DNA of 64,000 nt from an uncultured Candidatus Actinomarina sp. (GCA_902510995.1 CABXDL010000003.1:22-64021), one strand, 5' to 3'. Counted from the stretch's first letter, positions 8,827-17,862 are shown. Translations and numbers: made by a program. The notes: generated by a model not told the origin, from the sequence alone.

Positions 8827-9273
8827 TTAACTAAGTTTTTCTTTAACTATTTTGCTAACTGCGCCGCCATCTATGCCGTCTCCTTTAGCCATAACAGCTC
8901 CTATTACTTTGCCCATCTGAGAAATATCAACATCACCCATTTCACTTAAGACTTCGTCAACTATTTTTTCTACATCTTCATCGCTAAGTTGTTCTGGAAG
9001 CCAACCACTTAAAAAATCTATTTCAAACTGAATCTTCTCTGCCATTTCAGTTCCCCTATCACCTAATGTCTTATACTCTTCAACAGCTTTTGTCATTTTT
9101 TTAACATACGATTTAATAACACCTAAAACTAGCTCATCGGTTATGTCTTCACCCTTCTCGGCTCGTTTTTCTTCTATCTCAGATTTAACTTGTCTTATTG
9201 CGTCGAGTTTTGGTTTGTCTTTTGTTTTCATAGCTTCTTTCAAAGCGCCGTTTAATTCATCAAGTATTGCCAT
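8827..9273 (-). CDS. GatB/YqeY domain-containing protein
   Basis: 148 aa. LNGALKEAMKTKDKPKLDAIRQVKSEI and the overall YqeY pattern are present. Confidence 0.85.
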   Translation of the reverse strand: MAILDELNGALKEAMKTKDKPKLDAIRQVKSEIEEKRAEKGEDITDELVLGVIKSYVKKMTKAVEEYKTLGDRGTEMAEKIQFEIDFLSGWLPEQLSDEDVEKIVDEVLSEMGDVDISQMGKVIGAVMAKGDGIDGGAVSKIVKEKLS

Positions 9274-9277
9274 ATCC

Positions 9278-9916
9278 CTACTTTTTATATAACTGCATTG
9301 TATCAGGAATATCGGTAATTATTCCGAATAGACCTATTTCCATAAGTCGTTTAAATTCACTTTCATCATTTACAGTCCAAGCTGATGTTCTCTCTTTAGG
9401 TAGATCAAAATTACGACTATTCACTAATCCTTTTTCAACCATAAAAAACATTCTCTCATCATGAATAGACAAAGCTTTAGCTTCAAATAGATCATCTTCG
9501 TTATTTAAAATAATTCCATATTCAGAAGTAAAAATATCTTTAAAGTTGTGTATTCCTTCCCAGTGAAAAGAAGAGATAATATCATCACTATTTGCAATAC
9601 TTGAAACCTTTTGAAAAAGAATATCTTCATTAGTTTTAATTTCAAAATTTACTTTGCCTTTAATCTGTTCTCTAGATTCAAGTATAAATTGATCGATTGA
9701 AATTCCAGGAAGCAATAACTCAATCTCGTTGACGGTAAGGTCTTGTATCAAATAATCGTTGATGTATGGGTCATGAAATAATATTAGATTGTTATCTTTT
9801 GTAAGCCTTACATCTGTCTCAACATATTCAGCATAAGTAAAAGCTTTATTTATTCCATCAAGAGAATTCTCAGGATGTACATGGGGTAAGCCTCTATGTC
9901 CAAAAATGTAACTCAA
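9278..9916 (-). CDS. Glycerophosphodiester phosphodiesterase family protein
   Basis: 212 aa. GHRG...HPENS and ETDVRLTKDNNLILFHD are the GDPD signature motifs. Confidence 0.85.
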   Translation of the reverse strand: MSYIFGHRGLPHVHPENSLDGINKAFTYAEYVETDVRLTKDNNLILFHDPYINDYLIQDLTVNEIELLLPGISIDQFILESREQIKGKVNFEIKTNEDILFQKVSSIANSDDIISSFHWEGIHNFKDIFTSEYGIILNNEDDLFEAKALSIHDERMFFMVEKGLVNSRNFDLPKERTSAWTVNDESEFKRLMEIGLFGIITDIPDTMQLYKK

Positions 9917-9953
9917 ATTAAATCCTTAATTATATGATAGTACTACTATAGAT

Positions 9954-9969
9954 TGTGAATAATTTCACA
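9954..9969. promoter_or_regulatory. CRP/GlxR-type operator TGTGA-N6-TCACA upstream of whiB
   Basis: There is a perfect palindrome TTGTGAATAATTTCACAA at 9953..9970, ending 14 nt before the whiB ATG. The Shine-Dalgarno-like GAGGTGGAG lies between the site and the ATG. Confidence 0.55.
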
Positions 9970-9983
9970 AGTAGAGGTGGAGT

Positions 9984-10268
9984 ATGCAGGTACTTAACTT
10001 TGATATAGAACAAGAAAGTTGGATGCTTGAAGGAGCATGTTCAAATTTAGATTCAGACCTCTTCTTCCCTGTTGGATCTTCAATGAAGGCAATGAAAAAA
10101 AGTCTGGAAGCAAAAGCTATCTGTAATGAATGTCCAGTAAAACTAGACTGTCTCGAATATGCATTAAATACAAATCAAGATTCTGGAATTTGGGGTGGAA
10201 CTACTGAAGATGAAAGAAAATCAATAAGAAGAGAATACAGAAAAACAGGCAACCTAATTAACTATTAG
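9984..10268 (+). CDS. whiB: WhiB-family Fe-S transcriptional regulator
   Basis: 94 aa. Four Cys are present (GAC..., CNECPVKLDC) followed by the GIWGG turn and a basic tail. Confidence 0.93.
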   Translation: MQVLNFDIEQESWMLEGACSNLDSDLFFPVGSSMKAMKKSLEAKAICNECPVKLDCLEYALNTNQDSGIWGGTTEDERKSIRREYRKTGNLINY

Positions 10269-10494
10269 AGACTAAACCAGCTTCCCTTTTACCATCATCA
10301 TCCAAAAATTCTATTGAGTTAATTTGGGTTGTATTAATACCAATCTCACCTTTATCATCTTTGAACCAATACATTGCTCCATCTTTCATCAATGCTTCGA
10401 TTTCTTTCATGAATTTTTTCTTATCATCAACTTCAATTTCATATTCTTTCATTACTCCAAGTAAAGAAATTTTAACCTTATGTTTATCTGCCAT
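10258..10494 (-). CDS. DUF3107-like small conserved actinobacterial protein
   Basis: 78 aa. VKISLLGVMKEYEIEVDD...WFKDDKGEIGINTTQINSIEF matches my recollection of the DUF3107 pattern. Its 3' end overlaps the whiB 3' end by 11 nt. Confidence 0.7.
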   Translation of the reverse strand: MADKHKVKISLLGVMKEYEIEVDDKKKFMKEIEALMKDGAMYWFKDDKGEIGINTTQINSIEFLDDDGKREAGLVSNS

Positions 10495-10503
10495 ACTATC
10501 TCC

Positions 10504-11481
10504 TTATAAAACGTTCTCACCCATGAAGAGTGCAGAAACTGAATCATCAGCAAATATAGATGTTAGTGCATTTGCAATTATTCCTGAAACACTTAAGACT
10601 TTTACATTTCCAAGTGCTTCCGAATTTCCATTTTGTTCAAGAGTATCTGTAACTACTATTTCATCAATTGGTGCATCTTTAAGAGTCTCTACTGATCCAT
10701 CAGAAAATATTCCGTGAGTTGCCACAACACTAACTGTTTTAGCTCCTCTTTCTTTTAATATTCTTGAAGCAGCAGCTATTGTTCCTCCTGTGTCAATTAT
10801 GTCATCTACTAATATTGCATGACGATCTTCAACTTCTCCAATAACAGTAAAGGCCTTTACTTCATTATGTTTGCTTGGATCTCTTTTTTTATGAACAAAG
10901 CCTACATAAGCTTCTAAATGTTTTGCAAAGGTTGTTGCTCTTTTAACACCACCAGCATCTGGAGAAATAACAGAAACAGGGTCTTTATATTTATCTTTAA
11001 AATACTCAACAAATAAAGGCACGGCCGTTAAATGGTCAAATGGTTCATGTATAAAACCTTGTATCTGTTGTGTGTGGAGATCAATAGATACTAATCTATT
11101 TGCTCCAGCAGCTATAAATAAATCTCCTATTAATCTTGCAGAAATTGGTTCTCTTGGTAAAGCTTTTTTATCTTGTCTTGAATAAGGATAAAAAGGAAGT
11201 ACAGCAGTTATTCTTTTTGCGGATGCTCTTTTTAATGCATCAACAATTAATAACTGTTCCATGATTGTAAAATTAATTCCACCTGAATGACTTTGAAGGA
11301 CAAAACAGTCAGCCCCTCTAGCGCTTTCAGCTAATCGTATATAAATTTCTCCACTAGCAAATTGTTCTTTCTCTACCTCAGCAAGATCTGTGCCTAGTTC
11401 TTTAGCTACTTTATTCGCAAGTTCTGCATTAGAAGAACCTGAGTAAATTAGCATTTTTTTCTTATTCTCTTGCTCAATCAT
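10504..11481 (-). CDS. prs: Ribose-phosphate pyrophosphokinase
   Basis: 325 aa. VSIDLHTQQIQGF and the PRPP-binding loop ILVDDIIDTGGT are present. Confidence 0.95.
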   Translation of the reverse strand: MIEQENKKKMLIYSGSSNAELANKVAKELGTDLAEVEKEQFASGEIYIRLAESARGADCFVLQSHSGGINFTIMEQLLIVDALKRASAKRITAVLPFYPYSRQDKKALPREPISARLIGDLFIAAGANRLVSIDLHTQQIQGFIHEPFDHLTAVPLFVEYFKDKYKDPVSVISPDAGGVKRATTFAKHLEAYVGFVHKKRDPSKHNEVKAFTVIGEVEDRHAILVDDIIDTGGTIAAASRILKERGAKTVSVVATHGIFSDGSVETLKDAPIDEIVVTDTLEQNGNSEALGNVKVLSVSGIIANALTSIFADDSVSALFMGENVL

Positions 11482-12854
11482 TTTTTATCCTTAGAACTTT
11501 TTTTCCTGTCCATATAACCATCGATATTCTTTTGTTGGTTCCTCTCAATACCTAACGATTTAGCAGGAACATCTTTTGTTATCACAGATCCCGCACCAAC
11601 CATTGCACCTTCTCCTATTGTTACAGGAGCAACTAGCATTGCGTCAGACCCAACAAAAGCACCTTTTTTAATTTCAGTTTTATGTTTTTCTTTTCCATCA
11701 TAATTAACAGTGATTGCACCAGCAGAAAAATTTACTCCCTCTTCTAGTTCGGCATCTCCGACATAAGCTAAGTGAGGGACTTTACTGTCTTTACTAATTT
11801 TTGAATTCTTCGTTTCTGCAAATGCACCAACTTTAACATTGTCACCTAACGATGATCCAGTTCTTAAGTGAGCATAAGGACCAATTTTACCATTACTTTC
11901 TATCTCAGATCCGTCTACAACGGAGTAAAGAACCTTTGAACCTTCTCCTATCTTTGAATCATTTATTAGAGAGTTTGGACCAATCTCACAGTTTTCTTGA
12001 ATCTCAGTGTTTCCAGTTAAGTGACAGTTAGCAAATATTTTTGTTCCGGAATGAATTTTTACTGTTTCATCGATGTAGGTAGTTGAAGGGTCTTGGAAAT
12101 AAACTCCATTTTCCATATGAGAGGTAATCAACTTTTCTTTAAGCGTATCTTCAACATCGTTTAGTTGACTCATCGAGTTAACACCTTTTATAGTATCTTC
12201 TATTACTTGTACTATAACTGCATCCTGTTTATTTTGAAATGCTATCTCAATTAAATCTGTAAGATAAAATTCGTTCTGTGCATTATCACTTTTAATAGTA
12301 TTTATATTGCTAATTAGAAAATCTTTACTAACACAATATATCCCAGAGTTAATTTCATTAATTGATTTTTCTTTTTCACTTGCATCTGCTTCTTCAACAA
12401 TTTTTTTTGCGTACTCTTTGTTACGAACTATTCTTCCATATCCTGATGGATTTTGAACTTCTGCAGTAATCAAACCAAGAGCTGAATTATTTTTTGTTAC
12501 AGCACCAATTAACTTATCTATTTCACTTTTGTCAATAAGTGGGACGTCTCCTGGAGTAACAATTAAATAGTCACAATTATCTGATTTAAACTCATCACTA
12601 TCTAATAAAGTAACGACTGCATGTCCTGTTCCAAGTTGTTCTTTTTGCTCAACAATTTTATATCCTTCAAAGATATGGTCTGAAACAGTCTCTGATTCAT
12701 ATCCAAGGATTACATACTTGTTATCTAAATTTTTTATTGCACTTTGTGCATAGGAAATCATTGCCTTGCCTAGTACGGGTTGCAATACCTTAGGTAAAGA
12801 GGACTTCATTCTAGTCCCCTTACCAGCTGCTAATATAACTCCTGATATTTTCAT
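11478..12854 (-). CDS. glmU: Bifunctional GlcNAc-1-P uridyltransferase / GlcN-1-P acetyltransferase
   Basis: 458 aa. The N-terminus has LAAGKGTRMKS and the C-terminus has left-handed beta-helix hexapeptide repeats. It overlaps prs by 4 nt. Confidence 0.93.
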   Translation of the reverse strand: MKISGVILAAGKGTRMKSSLPKVLQPVLGKAMISYAQSAIKNLDNKYVILGYESETVSDHIFEGYKIVEQKEQLGTGHAVVTLLDSDEFKSDNCDYLIVTPGDVPLIDKSEIDKLIGAVTKNNSALGLITAEVQNPSGYGRIVRNKEYAKKIVEEADASEKEKSINEINSGIYCVSKDFLISNINTIKSDNAQNEFYLTDLIEIAFQNKQDAVIVQVIEDTIKGVNSMSQLNDVEDTLKEKLITSHMENGVYFQDPSTTYIDETVKIHSGTKIFANCHLTGNTEIQENCEIGPNSLINDSKIGEGSKVLYSVVDGSEIESNGKIGPYAHLRTGSSLGDNVKVGAFAETKNSKISKDSKVPHLAYVGDAELEEGVNFSAGAITVNYDGKEKHKTEIKKGAFVGSDAMLVAPVTIGEGAMVGAGSVITKDVPAKSLGIERNQQKNIDGYMDRKKSSKDKK

Positions 12855-12865
12855 TTATTTACTAG

Positions 12866-12937
12866 CTGGCGGAGAAGGACTCGAACCCTCAACGTTGGGA
12901 CCAAAACCCAATGTGTTGCCAATTACACCATCCGCCA
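12866..12937 (-). tRNA. tRNA-Gln (anticodon UUG)
   Basis: A manual cloverleaf folds well. The acceptor is UGGCGGA/UCCGCCA with the U1-A72 pair typical of tRNA-Gln. The D stem is GUGU/ACAC, the anticodon stem UUGGG/CCCAA with loop UUUUGGU, and the T arm GAGGG-UUCGAGU-CCUUC. The discriminator is G and no CCA is encoded. Confidence 0.9.
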
Positions 12938-12972
12938 TAGTTCTTTGCACATTTATTCTAATCTGCATTAAA

Positions 12973-13788
12973 TTACAAACTACAATCAATTTTTTTTGTT
13001 ATTTTTATCAATCTAAATCTTGCTTTATCAACATTTTTAAGACCTTCTTCTAGTTCGTGGTAGTCGCCTATACCAAATAATGTTGACCCAGTTCCTGATA
13101 AAAAGAACTTAATGCTAAATACCTCTTCTAAGTAATCTCTATGTTCTTCTATCTTTGGTTCAATTGTTACAGCAGGATTCCACATATTGTTAAAAAGTTC
13201 TATATTATTAATTTTTGTTTTCTCAAAATGATTTTGATTGCCTAGTTCATCAAATGTTTTATAAGCATCCGCAGTTGAGATCTTTTCATGAGGTACTGCG
13301 ACTAAAATATCTAGATTTTCAATACCTTCCTTCACATCAACTTTTTCACCTATCCCAGAAACTAATGCCGCTTTACCTTCAACAAAATATGGTACGTCAC
13401 TCCCTATTTTTTTTGCTATATCTTCATTTGAAGGTACTTCTAAATCATAGGTTTTACATAAGTAATTAATTATTACACCTGCATTAGAACTTCCCCCACC
13501 TAAACCAGATTCAGTCGGAATATTTTTAATAACTCTTATTTCAAAATGGTTAGAAAAACTATTATTTTCTCTCAATAAATTTAAAGACTTCTCAATTGTA
13601 GATTTTCCATTTAATTCAATATTGGGAGAAAATGTAATAATATCTGAAGCTTCATCTATTTCAATAATTTGAATTTCATCATATAAATTTATAGGTATAA
13701 AAAGGGAGTTAAGGGTATGCAAACCATCCTTTATTTCAGAATTAATCTCTAGATTAAGATTTATTTTTGCTGAACTTAATAACTTCAT
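12973..13788 (-). CDS. ispE: 4-diphosphocytidyl-2-C-methyl-D-erythritol kinase
   Basis: 271 aa. KINLNLEI and the GHMP-kinase loop PTESGLGGGSSNAG are present. Confidence 0.9.
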   Translation of the reverse strand: MKLLSSAKINLNLEINSEIKDGLHTLNSLFIPINLYDEIQIIEIDEASDIITFSPNIELNGKSTIEKSLNLLRENNSFSNHFEIRVIKNIPTESGLGGGSSNAGVIINYLCKTYDLEVPSNEDIAKKIGSDVPYFVEGKAALVSGIGEKVDVKEGIENLDILVAVPHEKISTADAYKTFDELGNQNHFEKTKINNIELFNNMWNPAVTIEPKIEEHRDYLEEVFSIKFFLSGTGSTLFGIGDYHELEEGLKNVDKARFRLIKITKKIDCSL

Positions 13789-14576
13789 TACATCTCCACT
13801 GCTAATTTTAGGTAATCATCAGGTGTTAAGTTGCTTGGTCTTACATTTGGATCTAAATTTAATGTAATTAATTCTTCTTCTGTAATAATTTCTTTTAATG
13901 CAGTTCTTATCTTTTTTCTTTTTTGTTGAAAAGCAACTTTAGCAATCTCAAAAGCTTTCATCCTTAGATCTGTATCATCTAAAGGTTCCCTCTGTAACGT
14001 AACTACTGTTGAAATTATTTTAGGTTCAGGAAAAAAACAATTCTTATTTACATCAAATTGAATCTTAGGTTGTGTAAAAAGAGAACAAAGTACTGATAAA
14101 GCTCCATAATTTTTTGTTCCAGGCTGAGCTACTATCCTTTCTGCTACTTCGCGTTGAACCATAACAACATATCTATGAATCACAGGTACTTCTGTAATAA
14201 GTTTTACAAGTAACCTCGTTCCAACATAATAAGGCAGATTCGAAACCATAATCCACCATGGACCTGTTAATTCAGAATAATCATATTCCATAGCATCTTT
14301 ATCAATTAGCTCTATGTTTGGTATATCAATAAACCTTCTTGAAAGTATATCTATTAAAGATTTATCAATTTCAATTGCTTTTATTCTGTAATCATCTTTC
14401 AACAATTCACTAGTTAAAGATCCTGTCCCAGGTCCAATTTCTAATATAGGATCCCCAAGTTGACCTTGAACTAATTTTGTAATCTTTCTTGATATATTTG
14501 AATCAATTAAGAAATTCTGACCGAGATTGTTGTTTGCTTGATTCTCTAGTTGTTTGATCCAATAGATTTCACTCAT
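13788..14576 (-). CDS. rsmA: 16S rRNA (adenine1518/1519-N6)-dimethyltransferase
   Basis: 262 aa. LGQNFLID and the SAM motif EIGPGTGSLT are present. It overlaps ispE by 1 nt. Confidence 0.93.
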   Translation of the reverse strand: MSEIYWIKQLENQANNNLGQNFLIDSNISRKITKLVQGQLGDPILEIGPGTGSLTSELLKDDYRIKAIEIDKSLIDILSRRFIDIPNIELIDKDAMEYDYSELTGPWWIMVSNLPYYVGTRLLVKLITEVPVIHRYVVMVQREVAERIVAQPGTKNYGALSVLCSLFTQPKIQFDVNKNCFFPEPKIISTVVTLQREPLDDTDLRMKAFEIAKVAFQQKRKKIRTALKEIITEEELITLNLDPNVRPSNLTPDDYLKLAVEM

Positions 14577-14581
14577 ATGTT

Positions 14582-15349
14582 TTAGATCCCAAGTAAAGTA
14601 TTCGTATTAGCTATTGTATGACTAGATAGTTCCTCTAGGCTCACACCTTTGAGATCAGCAACTTTTTGTGCTGTATAAAAAACATAACTTGGTTGGTTAT
14701 CTTCTCCTCTTTTTGGTGTAGGTGTTAAATATGGAGTGTCAGTTTCTAAAAGAAGTCGCTCTAGAGGAATTTCCTCAACAGAAAGCTGTAGGTCTTTTGC
14801 AGTATCATATGTAACAATTCCAGAAATAGAAAAATAAATATCTAAATCTAAATATCTTTTTGTCCATTTCTTTCCTCCAGTCCAAGAATGTAATATAATT
14901 GGAAATTCTCCTTGATACTCATGAACTAAATTATAAAGATCATCGAAACTATCTCTACAATGTATGATTATTGGTTTTTTGTAATGCTTTGACGCCTCAA
15001 GATGAAACTTTAAATTTTTATATTGGTCATCTTTAGATGATAAGTTTCGATAATAATCAAGACCCGTTTCTCCAATAAGATGAGCTTCTGAAAACAATGC
15101 TTCTAGGGTTTCTTTTTCATCCTCCATTTTCTTTGCATCATGAGGATGAAGTCCTGCTGACCAATAACCTTTTATAGGAAGAGATTCACATACTTCCCTA
15201 GCTTTAATTGAGGATTTTGTATCTACTCCTGGAATTATTAAATATTCAATGTTTGAGAAATCTATTTCACTAATCTTATGCTTTGAAAGCTGAAGATGGC
15301 AATGAGTATCAACCCATTTGAATTCTTGATTTGATGCAGACTCTTTCAC
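14582..15349 (-). CDS. tatD: TatD-family metal-dependent hydrolase/DNase
   Basis: 255 aa. VDTHCHL, GLHPH, ETGLDYY and ETDTPYL motifs are present. Confidence 0.9.
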   Translation of the reverse strand: MKESASNQEFKWVDTHCHLQLSKHKISEIDFSNIEYLIIPGVDTKSSIKAREVCESLPIKGYWSAGLHPHDAKKMEDEKETLEALFSEAHLIGETGLDYYRNLSSKDDQYKNLKFHLEASKHYKKPIIIHCRDSFDDLYNLVHEYQGEFPIILHSWTGGKKWTKRYLDLDIYFSISGIVTYDTAKDLQLSVEEIPLERLLLETDTPYLTPTPKRGEDNQPSYVFYTAQKVADLKGVSLEELSSHTIANTNTLLGI

Positions 15350-15378
15350 TACTATATAAGAATAGGAGCAATTGAAAT

Positions 15379-15618
15379 ATGGGCAAAGGTAATAAAGGAA
15401 AGATTGATAATCTTGGAAGAATAGTTATTCCAAAGACAATAAGAAAAGCTTTGGATATTGATCATAATGATGATATTTCAATGTATGTTGAAAACAACCA
15501 GTTAATTATCACTAAAGGTCATAAGAGCTGTGATATATGTGGGAATAAAAAAGTAGATGTTCAGGTAAAAGATAAATTTTTATGCTCTAAATGTCTTAAA
15601 ACAATTAAGAGTCTTTAA
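15379..15618 (+). CDS. AbrB/MazE/SpoVT-type DNA-binding domain protein with C-terminal CxxC...CxxC zinc ribbon
   Basis: 79 aa. LGRIVIPKTIRKALDI is a looped-hinge-helix signature. CDICGNKK...CSKCLKTI is the zinc ribbon. Its 3' end overlaps the rsmI 3' end by 14 nt. Confidence 0.7.
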   Translation: MGKGNKGKIDNLGRIVIPKTIRKALDIDHNDDISMYVENNQLIITKGHKSCDICGNKKVDVQVKDKFLCSKCLKTIKSL

Positions 15619-16420
15619 TTTTTTCATAAATCTCATTAGCCCCAAAAGTTGAAACTGATGATAAAATTTTAGCAATTTCTCTTTTTGGTATATCAAAACC
15701 GAGCAACCTATCTGCTGCTTTCTCGATATCAATGTCTAAAGTCTCTGGAATATCAGATTTAGAGACAACAATAGTTATCTCTCCTTTAATATCTAATTCA
15801 TGTAATTCATCTAATAATGATTTAGCACTACCTCTATAAATTGTTTCAAATTTTTTTGTCATTTCCCTACAAATAACAATCTCATTTTCAATTTCATAAT
15901 TAATAAATTCATTTAAATCTTTTATCAATCTTTTGGGGGACGTAAAACTAATTAAAGTATTCTTTAAACCCTTCAAAGAAGTAAAAAATATTTCCCTATT
16001 TTTACCAGATTTAGGTATAAAACCATGAAATTCAAATTTATCAGTATCGAATCCTGATAATGTTAAAGCAACTAAAATACTTGAAGGTCCAGGTATTGAA
16101 ATTATTTGAATATTATTCTCAATCAATACTTTAATTAGCTCTTGTCCTGGATCAGATATAAGAGGAGTTCCTGCATCTGAAATCAGTGCTATAGAATTTC
16201 CATCTTTTACTGATTCAAGAATTTCATTGATTTTCTTATTCTCATTTCCAAGAAAATAAGAACGTACTGATTTCTTTATCCCTATATGACTAAGTAGTTT
16301 ATTTGCTCTTCTTGTATCTTCAGCATAAATTTCATCAACATTACTAAGTGTTTCAATTAATCTTTTTGATATATCATCAAGATTTCCTATTGGGGTAGCA
16401 CAAATATAAAAAGTGCTCAA
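15605..16420 (-). CDS. rsmI: 16S rRNA (cytidine1402-2'-O)-methyltransferase
   Basis: 271 aa. The N-terminus FYICATPIGNLDDIS...YAEDTR is typical of the tetrapyrrole-methylase-fold RsmI. Confidence 0.9.
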   Translation of the reverse strand: MSTFYICATPIGNLDDISKRLIETLSNVDEIYAEDTRRANKLLSHIGIKKSVRSYFLGNENKKINEILESVKDGNSIALISDAGTPLISDPGQELIKVLIENNIQIISIPGPSSILVALTLSGFDTDKFEFHGFIPKSGKNREIFFTSLKGLKNTLISFTSPKRLIKDLNEFINYEIENEIVICREMTKKFETIYRGSAKSLLDELHELDIKGEITIVVSKSDIPETLDIDIEKAADRLLGFDIPKREIAKILSSVSTFGANEIYEKIKDS

Positions 16421-16424
16421 TTTA

Positions 16425-17804
16425 CTAAAAGTCTTGTTTGCAAGGTGAAGAGGAGCAATCAGAAAGGAGGTCTTTTAAAAGATTGTTATCTAAAGCGAGT
16501 ATCATCCTTACATAATCACCATCATTATCAATCCAAACACTAGTTTCTCCTATAAAAAGTCTCCCAGTCCAATCTCCACCAATATATTCTTGAAATCTTT
16601 CTTGGCTTTCTGCCCAATCTATAAAAGCCTCATGTATTTCATTTAATTCAGTTACGTCATCTCCAGAAATTTTCAATGACATTATTAAAGCTCCTCGACT
16701 ATCTACATAGTCTTTCCAAGCTCCACCGCCAAGTCCTACTGCAGCCTGAACAGCTGGCAATTGCTGACCGCTTTGTCCTTGTAATAAATATACAAGATCA
16801 AGTGCATCAAGCGTTCCCTCATCAATTAACGAATATCCTTCTATTTCTAAATCATTTATTACAACTTCTTGATATGGCTCAGAAGAAAAGAATTTGCTTG
16901 GTTCATATATTTGCTCGCCTGTTGGAAGTAAATATAGTGCATCATTAATAGCTTCCATACCACCGTTGTTATAAAGCTCTTTTGTTACTTGTGCACCATA
17001 TCCATAATATAAGTCAAAAGGTATATATATATAATCTGGTAAAGCAATACCGCAACCTGCGGGATACTGAGATTGCATTGTCTGCCTATCATATGAATCT
17101 AATCCTGATTCCCAGCGAGCCTGTATTAAATCTGCTTGTCCTTCCATAAGTGACCTCCTTCCGTAATAATCGGAAAAGTCATCTGCATCCTTCATCTCGT
17201 GATACCAAGAAGATAAATCAATTACTTGACCTTGGAGTGTATGTGTTAATTCATGAACTAATACAGATTGTTCAAATAGATTAAACTTCTTTTGATTCTT
17301 TTTAATTGGAACTCTTAATATTTTATCATCTAAATTATATGATCCTGAAGAAGCACATCGCTGAAATGTAACATAAAGATCTTTTAATTCATCTGGTGTG
17401 AATGTATTTAAACCCCACATGTTCTCAGATAGAACTGCTCTCTCCCATTCTCCTTCTTCATAATCTTCTTCAAAATCATCTAAATAAGAATCAACATTGT
17501 AATCCCTATATCCTTCTAATGTATAGAGCTCATATTTTGGATATTCCGTAAATTTAAGACCAGTCCTTTTTTCAATAAAACTAATTAAGGCTTCAAATTG
17601 TTCTTTCATCTCTGGAGACATTTCAAGTAACTCTTGGCCATATTCGTTTAAAACTTTTTCTTCTTCAGGTATTGTTGTAGTTGTTGTTGTAGTTGTTGTA
17701 GTTGTTGTAGTTGTATCTTCAGCCACTTCTTCAACTGATTCTTCAGTTGTTCCACAGTAAGCAATAAGCAAAAAAGTAAGTAAATAAATTTTAAATTTTC
17801 TCAT
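16425..17804 (-). CDS. Putative lipoprotein with poly-Thr linker and HExxH zinc-peptidase motif
   Basis: The track ORF extends to 18044, but that extension is antisense to mscL. The ATG at 17802..17804 gives MRKFKIYLLTFLLIAYCG (signal/lipobox-like). A TTTTTTTTTTTTT linker and VLVHELTHTLQG follow. Confidence 0.75.
   Translation of the reverse strand: MRKFKIYLLTFLLIAYCGTTEESVEEVAEDTTTTTTTTTTTTTTIPEEEKVLNEYGQELLEMSPEMKEQFEALISFIEKRTGLKFTEYPKYELYTLEGYRDYNVDSYLDDFEEDYEEGEWERAVLSENMWGLNTFTPDELKDLYVTFQRCASSGSYNLDDKILRVPIKKNQKKFNLFEQSVLVHELTHTLQGQVIDLSSWYHEMKDADDFSDYYGRRSLMEGQADLIQARWESGLDSYDRQTMQSQYPAGCGIALPDYIYIPFDLYYGYGAQVTKELYNNGGMEAINDALYLLPTGEQIYEPSKFFSSEPYQEVVINDLEIEGYSLIDEGTLDALDLVYLLQGQSGQQLPAVQAAVGLGGGAWKDYVDSRGALIMSLKISGDDVTELNEIHEAFIDWAESQERFQEYIGGDWTGRLFIGETSVWIDNDGDYVRMILALDNNLLKDLLSDCSSSPCKQDF
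17671..17714 (-). repeat. Coding Thr-codon tandem repeat (gttgtagtt units)
   Basis: The sequence attgttgtagttgttgttgtagttgttgtagttgttgtagttgta encodes T13. Confidence 0.8.
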
Positions 17805-17862
17805 AGGATTTAAGAATACTTGTAATCTTAAATAATGAAAGAATATTTGGAGGTAAAAAATA

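Noticed and set aside
17810-17832. The inverted repeat TTAAGA-N11-TCTTAA in the lipoprotein/mscL divergent spacer as a possible operator.
   Set aside because: A 6-bp AT-rich inverted repeat is expected by chance in DNA of this composition, and there is no supporting second copy or known consensus.
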